From the human T2T-CHM13v2.0 reference genome, Homo sapiens, in NCBI RefSeq assembly GCF_009914755.1, contig NC_060925.1: DNA of 64,000 nucleotides; one strand, 5' to 3'. The position numbers and the translations under genes are program-made. Shown in pieces: positions 1 through 12,722 of this stretch. The notes under the pieces were generated by a model. That model was not told the origin of the DNA. It saw nothing but the letters and a program-made list of their open reading frames with translations, and ran no database searches. The first letter of the stretch is position 1. The number at the start of each line of letters is the position of its first letter.

Positions 1-959
1 AAAAATGGGGGACAAGGAAGTTGCTGCGGAGGAAGGACTGTGAGAACAAGGATGGATACTCTGACCTATATTCACGGCTGGTTTGACATCTGTGTGCTAC
101 AAACCACCAACCTTCTGGCCGAGATTGGCGGAGAAGATGGGCTTCCATGGAGACGGAGCCCCGCCCAACAGGGCAGAGAGGCATGTGACCCAGTCATTGC
201 AGAGCACTGTGACAGGCTCCACAAGGGCTCCCAGCTCTGTGGGCACACTGAGGAGGGGGCCATCAACCCCTTCTGGGAGAGGGGAGGCTTCCCAGGAAAC
301 GAAGTGCCAGAGGGTGGAGCCTCCTGGGAGCCCAGACGGTGGAGACTTGAAGCTATTAGCTTCACTTCCTGCCATTCCCTCCCTCCTCTTCCCACCCACT
401 AGAGTGCCAGGTGACTGTGATTTCTTTTTTAATTAAAGTGAACCCAATTCAATCTTGCCTAGAGAGTTTCCTGATACCTCTTGGAATAGAGTCTTGCTGG
501 GGTGTTGCAAAAACTGGGTTGGGCATCTGTATTCTAAACTCTGAGGGCAACTGTGGGGACCACCCTCCCGGATGCGAGTTTGGTCTCAGTGGGGTTGGGG
601 GCAGGACTAGGTGGCAAGAACAGTATTCCAGGTGCATAGAGGGACCTGTGCCCACCCGGTGCTGTCTTCATAGAAGAAAACAAAAGCCCCTGCACAAAGG
701 ACCTGCCATGGTGCCCGGTGTGTTGAACTGTCCAGAGACCCTGTGTGACCAGGGCATCATTAGCAGAGACCTCAGGGAGCCACAGAAGTCTGGGAGGTAA
801 ACATCTGTGTCCAAGGGCAGGGCAAAGTCTTGGGGTGGTTATTCAGCTCTGTGAGTGCATCTAATTGTCTCAAGGGCGTAGCTTTGTCCCAGCAACATTG
901 GCAACTCCTGGCGGGCAGAATTTGGCTTCACATAGTTTCCTTATGCGCCTAGAAAGGAG

Positions 960-1170
960 GGAACGAACATCTATTGCAAGCCTGCTGAGTGCTTATGGGC
1001 ATTATGTATGCATTCAGTCTTTGTGTCTACATGGGGACATTATCCCCATTTGAAGATAAGGAAACTGAGGCCCAGAGAGGTGAAGTGACTTGTCCGAGGT
1101 CACACACAGGCAGATCTGGGATTCCAACCACAGTTTGTTTCACCAAAGCCCCCGCTTGGAAATCCTGGGC
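960..1170 (-). mobile_element. MIR SINE fragment
   Basis: ccccatttgaagataaggaaactgaggcccagagaggtgaagtgacttgtccgaggtcacac is the reverse-complement MIR core. Confidence 0.8.
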
Positions 1171-2109
1171 CAGTGAGGGCACCGCTGCGACTAGCCTCCT
1201 CATCTGGTTCATTCCCCAAAACCCGGCACCCCGGAGATGGGGCAGCAGGCAGGCATCCTGAGGTCAGTGCCTCCCTGCCTGCTTGGCTGTGTGCCTCAGG
1301 TGTCCTGGGTGCTAGGAACGTCATGGTAATCTCATGCATGAGTAAGGCTCGAAAGATGTACTGAAAGTTAGATGCAGTGATTAAGAAGACGGAAGGGGTG
1401 TCCCCCAGCTTCCCACCCCTGCCCCACTGTCGTTTCCCAATTCCTTCTACTGGTTTGACAGAAGGAACCAGTCCAGTTGACAGGAGGGAGGTGCTGGCCT
1501 CAGGCATGGCTGCAGGAAGCAGGCTGGGCAGGAGCAGGGCACGATTGCAACAGCACCCTGCCGCCAGCCACCTGCCACCTGCCGCCTGCCGCCTGCCTTG
1601 CTCCATCCTGCCTGGCGGCCGTGTGAGGCTGCCTGTGTGTCTGTCATTGCTACTGGGACCCCTCGGGGATACCCACCCCCTGGGATTGGCCTTGGATCCT
1701 GCTGGTCCTCTACTAGCCCAACATTCTGCTCCTGTTTGTGGATGTTCAACTCTGAAAGTCCTCAAACAAGCCCCTATGTGGTCACAAAGTACCCCCCTGG
1801 TCACTCAGGTCTGGAGGACTCCAAGCACTGTTTGCTGGGGGCCAGGCTCAGGGGCCTGATGTTTCGAATCGCCTTTCTGAGGGCCTGTCCTGGCTCCCAG
1901 GTGACTGTGGGAGATCCTGAGCTATGCCCTTGGAGCACCCTTCGCCAACTCCAGGCACAGCCAGTGTCCCCACCCTGGTGGCCTCTCCCCCTTGAACAGG
2001 CACACTGTGGCCCTGAGGATGATGTGTGATGATGACTTGTTCCTGATTTGCCTCCCATCAGTTTTTAAGCCTCTGGCACATAGAAGGTGCTCAGGAAAAG
2101 TCTGGAGAC

Positions 2110-2268
2110 AGAAGGGAAGGAGGGAGGGAGGGAGGAGAGAGGGAGGGAGGAGAGAAGGAGGGAGGGAGGGAGGAGAGAAGAAGCAAGGGAGAAAAGGTGG
2201 GAGGCTGGAGCAGGGGAGAGAGGAAGGAAGGAAAGTGGGAAAGAAGGGAGAAGGAGGGAAGGAGGGGT
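2110..2268 (+). repeat. GA-rich low-complexity polypurine tract
   Basis: GGAG/GGAA/GAGA runs. Confidence 0.85.
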
Positions 2269-2324
2269 GAGTCTAGCACAGTGCTCAACCCATAGGGGTG
2301 TTGTTGAATAGAAATAAATGATTC

Positions 2325-2600
2325 TGGGCTCACATCTGTAATCCCAGCACTTTGGGAGGCCGGGAAGAGTGGATCACGTGAGGTCAGGAGTTCGAGACCA
2401 GCCTAGCCAACATGGTGAAACCGTGTCTCTACCAAAAAATACAAAAATTAGCTGGGCATGGTGGCATGAGCCTGTAATCCCAGCTACTGGGAAGGCTGAG
2501 ATGGGAGAATCACTTGAACCAGGAGGCAGAGGTTGCAGTGAGCCCAGATCGCACCGTTGCACTCCAGCCTGAGTGACGGAAAAAGACCTGTCTAAAAAAA
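2325..2600 (+). mobile_element. AluS element (5' slightly truncated)
   Basis: tgtaatcccagcactttgggagg...gaggtcaggagttcgagaccagcc...gcactccagcct. Confidence 0.95.
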
Positions 2601-2818
2601 AGGGAGAGATGGGGGAAGGAAGGAAGGGAGGGAAGGAGGGAGGGAGGGGAGGGGAGGGGGAGAGAGAGAGAGAAAGAAAGCAAGAAGGAAAGAAAGAAGA
2701 AAGAGAGAGAGAGGGAGGGAAAGAGAGAGAGATGGAGGGAAAGAGAGAGAGAGAAAGAAAGCAAGAAGGAAAGCAAGAAGGAAAGAAGGAAGGAAGGAAA
2801 GAAAGAAGGAAGGAAGGA

Positions 2819-2870
<52 letters not shown>

Positions 2871-2994
2871 AAAGAAAGAAAGAAAGAAAGAAAGAAAAGA
2901 AAGAAAGGAAGGAAGGAAAGAAAGAGAGAAAGAGAGAGAGAAAGAGAGAAGAGAAAGAGAGAGGGAGGGAGGAAGGAAGGAAGGAAAGAGAGAG

Positions 2995-3037
<43 letters not shown>

Positions 3038-3050
3038 AAAAGAAAGAGGA
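2594..3050 (+). repeat. Compound (GAAA)n/(GGAA)n/(GA)n microsatellite expanded from the Alu tail
   Basis: ~450 bp of almost pure purine directly after the Alu poly(A). Confidence 0.95.
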
Positions 3051-3153
3051 TTCTGATGCATCTGCTTGCTAAATGTATTACCTTCTGAAAAGGAAACATT
3101 TTGTTGTTTTTATGATAGCGCTAGCACATGTCAATGTTAATGTTTTTCTAGAT

Positions 3154-3357
3154 CAAAGATTGGCAAATTATTTTTCTATGCAGAGCCTAAATAATTTAGG
3201 TTTTGTGGATCACATGCTCGCTATAGCAAATTCTTCTGTTTTTGTTTGTTTGTTTTTACAATCATTTCAAAAGGTAAAAGCCATCCTTAGCTCATGGGCT
3301 GTATGAAAACAGACCATCAGCTGCATTTGGCCCATGGGCCATAGTTTGCAACCCCTA
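3154..3357 (+). mobile_element. MER58(C)-like hAT-Charlie MITE with 8-bp target-site duplication ttctagat
   Basis: Ends in atttggcccatgggccatagtttgcaaccccta; ttctagat at 3146-3153 and 3358-3365. Confidence 0.85.
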
Positions 3358-3369
3358 TTCTAGATAATC

Positions 3370-4145
3370 CTGAAAGGTATAAATCAGAAAGCAAAGATCA
3401 CCTGTAAAGCCCTCATCCAGAAAGAACCCCTGACACCATGTTGGTGGGTTTCTCTCTGGACTCTCTCTGGGCGTTTTGGTGATGAATATTTTACTGAAAT
3501 AGGGTCAAACTCTAGATTCTGTTTAGCAACTGTCTTCTTTAAATTCAACAATATTATGTGGACCTAGCGCCACACTCCTGAATATGTACCTAGGACATCG
3601 TTCTTATGGATGGGTAGAGCCGCATTGCATGAGCCTAACCATTTCTTAGGCATATCTTGAGAGTAGAAGAGTTATGCCTTCTAAGTCCTTGCTCAGCTTA
3701 TTCAAAGAGATCAAAACGATGAATGAATGACGGAGTTTAGTGACCTGGATACACAGCAGCCCTCCTACGGCAGACACACAGAAATGCCTCTTTGGTTTTT
3801 TTTGAGACAGTCTCATTCTGTCACCCAGGTTGGAATGCAGTAGCACGAGCTCGGCTCACTGTAACCTCCGCCTCTCAGGTTCAAGAGATTTTCATGTCTC
3901 AGCCTCCCAATTAACTGAGACCAGAGGCGTGCGCCACCATACCCGGCTAATTTTTGTATTTTTAGTAGGGATGGGGTTTCACCATGTTGGCCAGGCTGGT
4001 CTCGAACTCCTGGCCTCAAGCGATCTGCCCACCTCAGCCTCCCAAAGTTCTGGGATTACAGGCATGAGCCACCGCACCCAGCATGAAATGCCTCTCTCTG
4101 ATGACTTTATTATGCATTTATTTTCACCCACCGCTTTCCAGCAAG
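3370..4145 (-). mobile_element. Degenerate old L1 (L1M/L1ME-like) fragment interrupted by an Alu
   Basis: Weak resemblance to reverse L1ME 3' region motifs. Confidence 0.45.
3792..4084 (-). mobile_element. AluS element with TSD gaaatgcctct
   Basis: Reverse Alu; gaaatgcctct at 3781 and 4085. Confidence 0.95.
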
Positions 4146-4155
4146 GGCAGGAAGT

Positions 4156-4280
4156 CTCAGGTGGCGCTGACGGAGCGGAGAAGAGACACACAGACCCATG
4201 TGAGCCTTCACCCCCGGGCTGGGCCGGAGAGCGATGCTGTTGGACTGAACAGGAGCCCAGTTGATCGGGACCTGGTGGAG
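4156..4280. repeat. Left arm of a ~125-bp dispersed inverted duplication (partner 5119-5241)
   Basis: Reverse complement aligns by eye at roughly 80% identity; both translate to GGADGAEKR in the ORF track. Confidence 0.9.
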
Positions 4281-5118
4281 GCGACAAAGCTGCCAGGCCC
4301 CAGCCTCGGAGCTCTTTGATGGGCCTTTCAGGCCAGGTGACACTGACTCACCCAGTCACACAGAGGTTTCTCCAGCATGAGTGTGGCCACAATTTAGAGA
4401 CTCTGGGAGTCGGGGTCCTTCACTTTGCAGGTGGGGGTTGGATGCCCCGGCAGACAAGACCTCAGAGGACGGGAGATGGGAGTCTTTTCAACACATCCTA
4501 AGGCACCAGGGTGGCGGAGGCTTCGTGCATAGTGATACTACACAATGGAATGTGTCAGCCATGTGCAGGCCAATGCAACTTCATTTAAGTCTCCCCCTGC
4601 CCAATGAGAACAGCCCCTCCTTACAGGTGAGGAACTTAAAGCACAGAGCAGTCAAGTAATTTGCCCAAGGTCACATTGTGGGAAGCGGGAAACCCCAGAG
4701 CTGACCCCTCCACCCGGCTCGGACTCTAGTGCTCTCGAACAGTGCGACAGGGCCTGTATTCTCCTGTGCAAACCAAAAGCACCCATGTTGGGGATGCTGC
4801 CTTGCAGTGGGAAAGCCACGTGAGCCCCCCACCCTCTAGAAGCAGGAGAGCGTGGGGAGTCCCCCGGCCTCTGTGAGCTGCATCTCATCTGTGCAATGGG
4901 GGGCATTGCGCTTCCCTCCTCATCCTCCAGGAGGGGTGCTGGGAGACACAACCCAGAGCATGGACATGCACGCACTTTGGGTCATGTGATGTGAGGGGTG
5001 ACAGCTGGGCAAGCTGGCCGATGGGGGACATCTCAGAGAAGTGGCACTGAGGTCAGAAGCAAGATAAAAGCACTGTCAGCTGAGAAAGGCACCTGCCCTC
5101 CTCTCCAGCCAGGGACCT

Positions 5119-5241
5119 CTCCACCAGGCCCCAATCAACTGGGCTGCTGTTGAGTCCAATGGCATCGCTCTCCAGCCCAGCCTGCGAGTGAAAGCACATG
5201 CGGGTCTGTCTCTCTTCTCTGCTCCATCAGCACCACCTGAG
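5119..5241. repeat. Right arm of the inverted duplication (partner 4156-4280)
   Basis: See partner. Confidence 0.9.
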
Positions 5242-5244
5242 CTC

Positions 5245-5840
5245 CAGGTCCTAAACCCTCCCCTCTGCCCTTGCCCTGCCCTGGTCCAGAACCTCTCGCG
5301 TCTCCCCTGAACTATTTCAACAGCTTCCCGCTGGGCTTCCTGCCACCTGTCACCACCCTCCGTCCACCCTCCCCACCCAGCCGCCAGCATCACTGACCTA
5401 AAAACTGAACCTGGTCATTTCACTCTCTGGCTCCAAATCCTTCTGTGGCCCCAGTGTCGTGGTCTGAGCTACATGGCATGGCAAAGAGCCCTCTACTGCC
5501 CAGCCATGCCTCCCCGCTCACTCATCTCTCCCTGCTCTTGCTCCCAACACGTACCTCTGAGCCTTAGCACATGCCATTCCCTCTGATCAATCCGCCCCCT
5601 CTCCTTTCCCGGTGACTTCCAGTACATCCTTGAAGATTCTTCCAAGTATCGCCTTCCCAGAAGGCCTCCCCCCGACTCCTGGGTAGTCAGGTCCCTCCTC
5701 AGTGCACCACATGCTTTGCACAAATAGTCCAGGGCTTGGAACTCTCTGCGCATACACTTCCCCTTGCCCATCAGGGTCTGGGAAGACCCTCATCCCCGTA
5801 TCCCCAGGACCCACACCAGGATCTGGCCCAGCATCAGCTC
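5245..5840 (+). mobile_element. L2 LINE 3' fragment
   Basis: L2-like motifs ctggtcatttcactctctggctccaaatccttctgtggc and ccttagcacatgccattccctctg. Confidence 0.6.
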
Positions 5841-6019
5841 CAGCCTGCAGGGGCTGAGTTAGGGACCAGATAAAAGCCAGCACCAGAGGGGCCTGGTGCC
5901 CAGCCCCGCTCACCCACCCCTTGTGCAGGGTCCCAGCCCATGTGCCAGCCTGGGTGGAGCCGGGGTGCCAGTGAGAACCCAGTAAGACAAGCAAGAAGAT
6001 GCTTGTCTGAGGACCGAGC

Positions 6020-6330
6020 CAAGGATGACTTCACCGCCAAGTCAGCCTCCCAAACATGCAGGGCGGGGGGTGGGGGCCGCCCTCCTAGGAGGGGCGGTAC
6101 CTGGGACAGTTTTAACAGGCAAGGAGCGTGCTTGGGGGCCAAAAAGCGAGGCGGGTGAGTCAGGGCAGGGGAGATGCCTTGCCCTTAAAAGGAGAACAGC
6201 CTCCTTCTCACCTGTCCCTCCTGAGCACATCACACTCATAAAGAGAAAAAAGGAAAAGAAAAGCAATCAGAGGGAACGGGCCCAAATCCCACAGCTGGCA
6301 CTTTTTCTCGGAGGTGATTAGTGCTCATTC
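6020..6330. promoter_or_regulatory. Candidate enhancer: GC boxes, AP-1 (TGAGTCA 6156-6162), CArG (CCTTAAAAGG 6183-6192)
   Basis: Motif cluster in non-repetitive, CpG-retaining sequence. Confidence 0.4.
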
Positions 6331-7104
6331 GGAAAGAATGGATGACACCATCCCTGGCGTGAGCCAAAACACAAGGGCCTCAGGTGTCCCCCAGGGGGAG
6401 GACCCAGGACCCAGCCCACTCCTCCCGTCCCTATCCCCACCAGTCATGCCCCAAACACGTCTGCCCCGGAGGGGCCTGTGTGAGGCTCCACACCTCCCAG
6501 GAGGATCTGGATCCAGGCGCTGCCTCTTCCCGAGCCCACAGAGCTCCAGGTTCTGCGGGGACTTCCGGAGGTCACAGCAGAACCACGAGGTGGGTCCTAG
6601 GGACAAGATGCCACAGGCAAAGAGACAGAGGCCCGAGGAAGAGAGGGGTGCTCAGCCTACACCATTAGTGAGTGACAGCACCAGGAGACAAGGGACTCAC
6701 AATGCAGCCCCCTTGGTGTCATCCTCCTGGAGAAAGGGACGCCATCAGTTGTCACTCCCGGCAGTGACTGCCCCCCCCGGAGCCCCATCGCAGGACCCAA
6801 GTGAGGGTGTCGAGAGCAGAGTTGCCAGCCCTCAGGTGACAGCTGGGTTATGACCTGGGTCGCCAGGGTTGGTACCCTCCCAAAGTCACACTGGGGACCC
6901 CCAGTCCACGGAGGCAGGGCAGAGACCTGTGAGCCATCAGGTCCAGAGGGTCCACCCTGCCTCCTGCCAGGGAGTTCCGTGGGGACAGGAGGTTCCTGCA
7001 GGGCAGGGTCACTTGCCCCAGGAGGGAGCCGGGCACAGAACTAGTGTCTGTCCATGTCCACCAAGCTGAACTGAACTGAAGGAGGCTGCTCAGTGGGGCC
7101 ACAG

Positions 7105-7537
7105 TTAGAGGCTGAATCGTGTTCCCTGCCCTCCCCCCAAAACAAAAAAAAATTGATGTTCTAACCCCAGAACCTCAGAATGTGGGCTTATCTGGAAACA
7201 GTCTTCATAGAGGGCACCAGGTTAAAATGAGGTTATGGTAGTGGCCCCTAATCCAGTATGACCAGTGTCATTTTAAAAGGGGAATCTTGGGCACAGAGAC
7301 AGACATGCTCAGAGCAAAGAGGACGTGATGAAGGCAAAGATGGGGTTATGCTTCGACAACCCTGGGAACGTCAAAGAGTGGGGACAGGGGCCTGTGCTGG
7401 GGCCTCCCTCTGAGCCCTCCGCAGGAGCCAAGCCTGCTCTTGGTCTCAGATCTCTGGCCTCCAGAAGAGTGAAACAATTTCCTGTTCATTTCAGCCACCC
7501 AGTATATGGTACTGTGTTACGGCAGCCCTAGCAGACT
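7105..7537 (+). mobile_element. MLT1 (B/C-like) MaLR solo LTR
   Basis: ctaaccccagaacctcagaatgtg...ccctaatccagtatgaccagtgtc...tatggtactgtgttacggcagccctagca. Confidence 0.85.
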
Positions 7538-7538
7538 C

Positions 7539-7703
7539 CCAGCTGGCTTCCTGGATGTGTGACACCTGCAGTTACACAGGGCTCAGAAGGACCCACCCTT
7601 GGTTTAATGCTCTGCATTCCCTGTCCTGAATTTCTTAACTTTTGAATGAGGGATGCACGTTTTCATGTTGCATAGAGCCCCACTAAGGGTGTAGCTGGTC
7701 CTG
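7539..7703 (+). mobile_element. MER91A-like hAT-Tip100 MITE
   Basis: gctcagaagg...cttggtttaatgctctg...tgtagctggtcctg. Confidence 0.75.
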
Positions 7704-8861
7704 TTTTCAGACCTCCCTGGCAAGCCCCTGTCAGGGGCCCAGATACCTCCCCAGAGCCAGGGCGCAGCTCAGCACTAGGTTTTGAATTCGGTGAGACCCA
7801 GCCCCAGCAAGGTCAGAATCCCAGGGGATGGCTCCAACTTGGCCTCCTGCCACCTCAGTTCCCCAAAGACCTGCTCAAGGATGGGAGGTCCCCATCATGG
7901 CCCTTAAATCAGGAGGAGTCCCTAGACATGGCCACACACCCCATGCCCTCCCTAAAGCCCCTCAATCTTTTCTTGACTTTGTGCTAACTCAGGTCACAGC
8001 AGCCAGCATGTCTAGACTCCTGCCTGGCGCTCGGCATCACAGCCTCGCGATTCTGCACAGGACACTCAGCCTTCTGGGAACTAGCTGTAGGGGATAAGAA
8101 GCAGCTCCTATTTATTTATTCTTTAAAAACCAAACAGACCCTCCCAGCAGGCAGGTCACCTCATTGGGTGGGAGTTGTGTTGGCAGCTCTGGAGAGAGCC
8201 AAAGCACTGTGTCCCTGACACCCAGGGTGACAGGAGCTGGGTCCACTCCCTTCACCCGGTGGTCAGAGAGAGCCTGAGCAGGGAGGAGGAGGGGCTGGCA
8301 AGGGGAAGAAGGGCCTGATTCTCTGGGCGGCCGGCTCCTGCCAAAAGCAATATCGCGTATCATCATATTAACTCCCTACAACAAAGCCAGGGAGAGAGAG
8401 AGAGATAAAATAAAGCCAGGATAATTGAGGCCCACAGATCATTCCAAATCCGACTTTAGCGCTGAGTTTCACGGTGCAGCAACCTTTTACTCATTCATGT
8501 CGGCTAGCGAGAGCTCCTCTTCTCATCTTGCCCCCACCCAGTGAGCTAGTACAGTGGCCAAGGGAGGACGCAAGGGGCCGAATGGAGGGAGGAGAGGGAG
8601 AGGATGATCCTGGTGGTGATGGTAACTCACAAAAAAAACCAGCCCACCTGCCCTGAGTAGGGTGGAGTTGGCTGTACCTCTCTCAGCCAATTACAGTGTC
8701 CCCTGGCCCAGCCTATCTGTTCCCTCCCTTCACCCAGCCAACTCCTCCTGGCACCCTTGAAGACTCCACCATGCCTTGCCTCCTCTGGGATGCCCGTCCT
8801 GATATCAACATCACCCACCCCAGCCTGTCTCTTGCTCCGTTCCTTTACGATGTGTTCATGA

Positions 8862-9155
8862 AGCCTGTAATCCCAGCACTTTGGGAGGCCAAGGTGGGAG
8901 GATCGCTTGAGCCTGGGAGCTTAAGACCAGCCTGGGCAACATAGCGAGACTCAAGTCTCTACTAAAAAAAAAAAAAAAAAATTTTATATTAGCCAGTCAC
9001 GGTGGTGCTCACCTATAGTCCCAGCTACTTAGGAGGCTGAGGCAGGAAGATTGCCTGACCCTAGGAGGTCGAGGCTGCAGTGAGCCGCCATTATCACATC
9101 ACTGTACTCCGGCCTGGGTGACAGACTGAGACCCTGTCTTTAAAAAAAGAAAAAA
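8862..9155 (+). mobile_element. AluJ element
   Basis: ggaggatcgcttgagcc AluJ-type diagnostics, poly(A) linker and tail. Confidence 0.93.
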
Positions 9156-11217
9156 AGTGTTAAACATTTTACCTGGATGATCAGCCCCGCCGTCTTGTTG
9201 GAGCCTTTGATTGAACGACTTGCCTCTCTGCCTTATATGGAACCTAGTGCTGAGGAGGAGGACGTATGTGCTGGACACTTTTGGGAGGGGAAGTCTCTAA
9301 GGAGGCAAGAGAGGAGACTCAAAAACCACTCAGGATGGCCTGGCAAGAGATGGCGTGCTTACACTAGGGGGTCACTGCAGGTCTGGTGAGCGTGGTCAGA
9401 TGTTAGGTATATGGATGAACAAAGAAATGGATGGATTGCCAAAATAGAGAAAGATCTTGGGGCCCAGTGGAGACACAAGCTTAAACCCATTTTGGTGGTG
9501 GTGCTGGTGAGAGAATGGCAAGGGCAGAGGGCAGGCAGGTAACTTTTGCTTCTTCCAACCCAGGATCTCAGCAACCTGGAATGGATGTGGCTCCCTCGGA
9601 AGCAAAGTCAGATAGTGGCATTTATTGGGTAACCTCTGTGGCTCTTTTGAGCCTATTCTTGGCATGGACCCCATGCCAGGAGGGGAAGGAACAGATACTC
9701 CCCAAGTTACCTCCAGCCCTCCATTCAAAGAGCTCAGTCCGACCAGGAAACAAGGCAGCCATGGGCAGCTTGCTGGCAGTGCCTGAATTAGTTCCCGTGA
9801 ATCTCAAGCAATCAAACAAAACCAAGGGCACAGGCAGAGGCCTGTGGGGACCGCCAGGGGGGACTTTGCACGGGAGCATCAAAGTATTGGGGTTTGCTTC
9901 ATTATCAAGGTCATGCTTGGGAATTTTGCAAACAACAAGGAGGTAGTAACTTACCACCTCCCACCATGCTTCCCAAGACAATGGCTGTTTTATTCAGGTG
10001 CTTTCCTTCTGGATCGTTCTAGGTATGGTTTTCTGTACAGGGGAATGGAGAGGCAAGGGGCCCCCACTGAAGGAGGCTGCCCCACCACCCTATTCTTGGG
10101 CCCCACACAATTCAATCTTAGAGGGGCACAGCATCTCTGATGGCAGAGTTGTGACCCTTGCCGCGTGGGTCTCAGGACTCCACCTGCTCTCTGGGTACAT
10201 TTTTACAAGGCTGATGCAACAGTCCACACCTGCACAGGTGTGTGCAATCCTCATGGGGCTCTCTGGCTCTCCAAGGAGGGGGTCAAGAGGGCTTCGAGGT
10301 TGTCCAGGGCAAATGAGCAAACAGTGCTGCCTCCGTGAGGGTTTGCATGCAACTCCCGCCCCCCACATCCCTATTCATTTATTCATTTACTTAGATGTCC
10401 ATCAGCACACCTTCTGGGGATCCAGGGAAAAGTACAACAGAGTCCCTGCCCATTAGGAGTCCTTGTTTTAGAGGAGACAAACAACCAAAGAAACAATTAC
10501 AGCTGGGCTTGCGAAAGGCACCATGGAGCTGCTGACTCCCACAGTAGCCCAGGGGGGTTCCCAGGGAACAGACACCCAGCCTCCCTGTCCCCCGCCCAGA
10601 CACTGAGGGTGGGGACCCTGGAAGGCATGAGACCAAGGGCTCCCTAAGGACACGCAGCAATTGTCTCTTCAGACTGCCCTGGAAATAATGGGGACAGGAA
10701 TTCTGCAAAAGCCTCCCCAAGGCTGGGAAGATCGGCTTTGCAAGTGGGTTCCTTGAGAGCTGGGACCATGTCTCCTTCTCATTAGACAAATCGCTGAACA
10801 AAAATGACGGGTGCAAAAACACTTTGCAAACTGGAAAGCTTTGGATGAAGTTGGGAGCTTGGAAGCAGAGATGGTCGTCACTAGACTGGGAGCCTCCTGA
10901 AGGCAAGGGCTGTGCCTCCTCCGTCTGACTGGAGGCCCCTGTTTTAATTCTGTAGTCCCAGAAGCTTCTGCATCTGGGGCATGCTTAGTGAACCCTCTTC
11001 CTCCAGTTACATGGATGCTCCAGAATTAAGGCTGAGCTGATGCACCTGAACCCCTTCTGTCTCTTACAAAGAAAATCCTAGCTGTACTCTGACATCTGAG
11101 ATCATAATTTTAAACCATTTATTAAACCCCTTACTATATATATCACATAGTGTATGAGGGTAACTTTGACCTAAATTTATACTAGTTTGTAAATGACTAT
11201 ACAAGAAGATCTTTAAC

Positions 11218-11430
11218 TTTTTTTTAACTGACAAATAAAAATTGTGTATATTTATGGTGTAGTTTTGATACAAGTGTATATTATGAAATGGCTAAATCTA
11301 GCTAACTACTATATGCATTACCCTACATATTTATTTTTTGTATATGATGAGAACATTTAAAATCTGCTCTCTTAGCAATTTTCAAGGACACGATACATTG
11401 TTGTTTACTATAGTCACCACGTCGTACTAT
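11218..11430 (-). mobile_element. L1MA-family 3' end fragment
   Basis: gacaaataaaaattgtgtatattt...tctcttagcaattttcaag...actatagtcaccac. Confidence 0.8.
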
Positions 11431-11471
11431 AACAAAATCTTATCATCTTGGAGTTAGAAGGAAGCCGGGTG

Positions 11472-11968
<497 letters not shown>

Positions 11969-12489
11969 TCACAATCATTGATTCATTCAATAAGTATATA
12001 TAAAGCACCTACTCAGTGCCTGAAACCAGGGCTGTCTCAGAATCTGTTTGTTGGTTTTCTAGCCTTTTCTTGGATACTTGAAGTGATGGCGAACTCACTG
12101 CCACATGAGGCAGAACTCTGCCCAAGATCTGGTTTGCAGTGGTGTGTAGAGAGGAGAGATGGGTTGAGAACGGGCAGCTGAGATGCATTGGGTCCTACTA
12201 TGTGCCAGCAATGGTGTGGGAAATTTCACAGGAACTGCTTCTCTGAAACTTTACACACTTCTATCCAGTGAGATAGGAGATACAATCACAGTATTGCAGA
12301 TGAGGAAACTGAGGCTCAGAGAGGATAAGGGGCCCATCCAAGACCACTCAGTTTGTGTGTGGCAGAGCAAGGTCCACATCCCAGGGTGTCACTTTTGTGG
12401 GGAGTTGGGGCTGGTTGGGGGAGAGGGAACACAGGTCAGGCAGGGGATCCCATCCGGGGATCATGCCCAGATGTCCAGAAAGAGTGCAC

Positions 12490-12722
12490 TGCATTAGGCT
12501 GAAGTGCGGTGATGCAGTCAAAGCTCACTGCAGCCTTGACCTTCTGGACTCAAGTGATCCTCCCACCTCAGCCTCCTGAGTAGCTGAGAGCACAGGCATG
12601 CACTACCACACCTGGCTATTTTTTTAATATAGTTTTGTAGGGACAGGGTCTCACTATGTTACTCAGGCTGGTCTCGAACTCCTGGCCTCAAACAATCCTC
12701 CTGCCTCAGCCTCCCAAAGTGC
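12490..12722 (-). mobile_element. AluJ element (partial)
   Basis: Reverse Alu: aagctcactgcagccttgacc...cctcagcctcccaaagtg. Confidence 0.9.

Noticed and set aside
2374-3099. K/E/R-rich and F/L/S-rich ORFs
   Set aside because: Translation of an Alu plus the (GAAA)n microsatellite
9231-9240. Perfect CArG box CCTTATATGG
   Set aside because: Isolated 10-mer in probable decayed LTR-like sequence with no supporting context
9848-9867. Partial CTCF-like motifs (CCGCCAGGGGGG here; others near 9360, 26925, 29545, 53410)
   Set aside because: Each misses key consensus positions; not callable without PWM scoring or ChIP data
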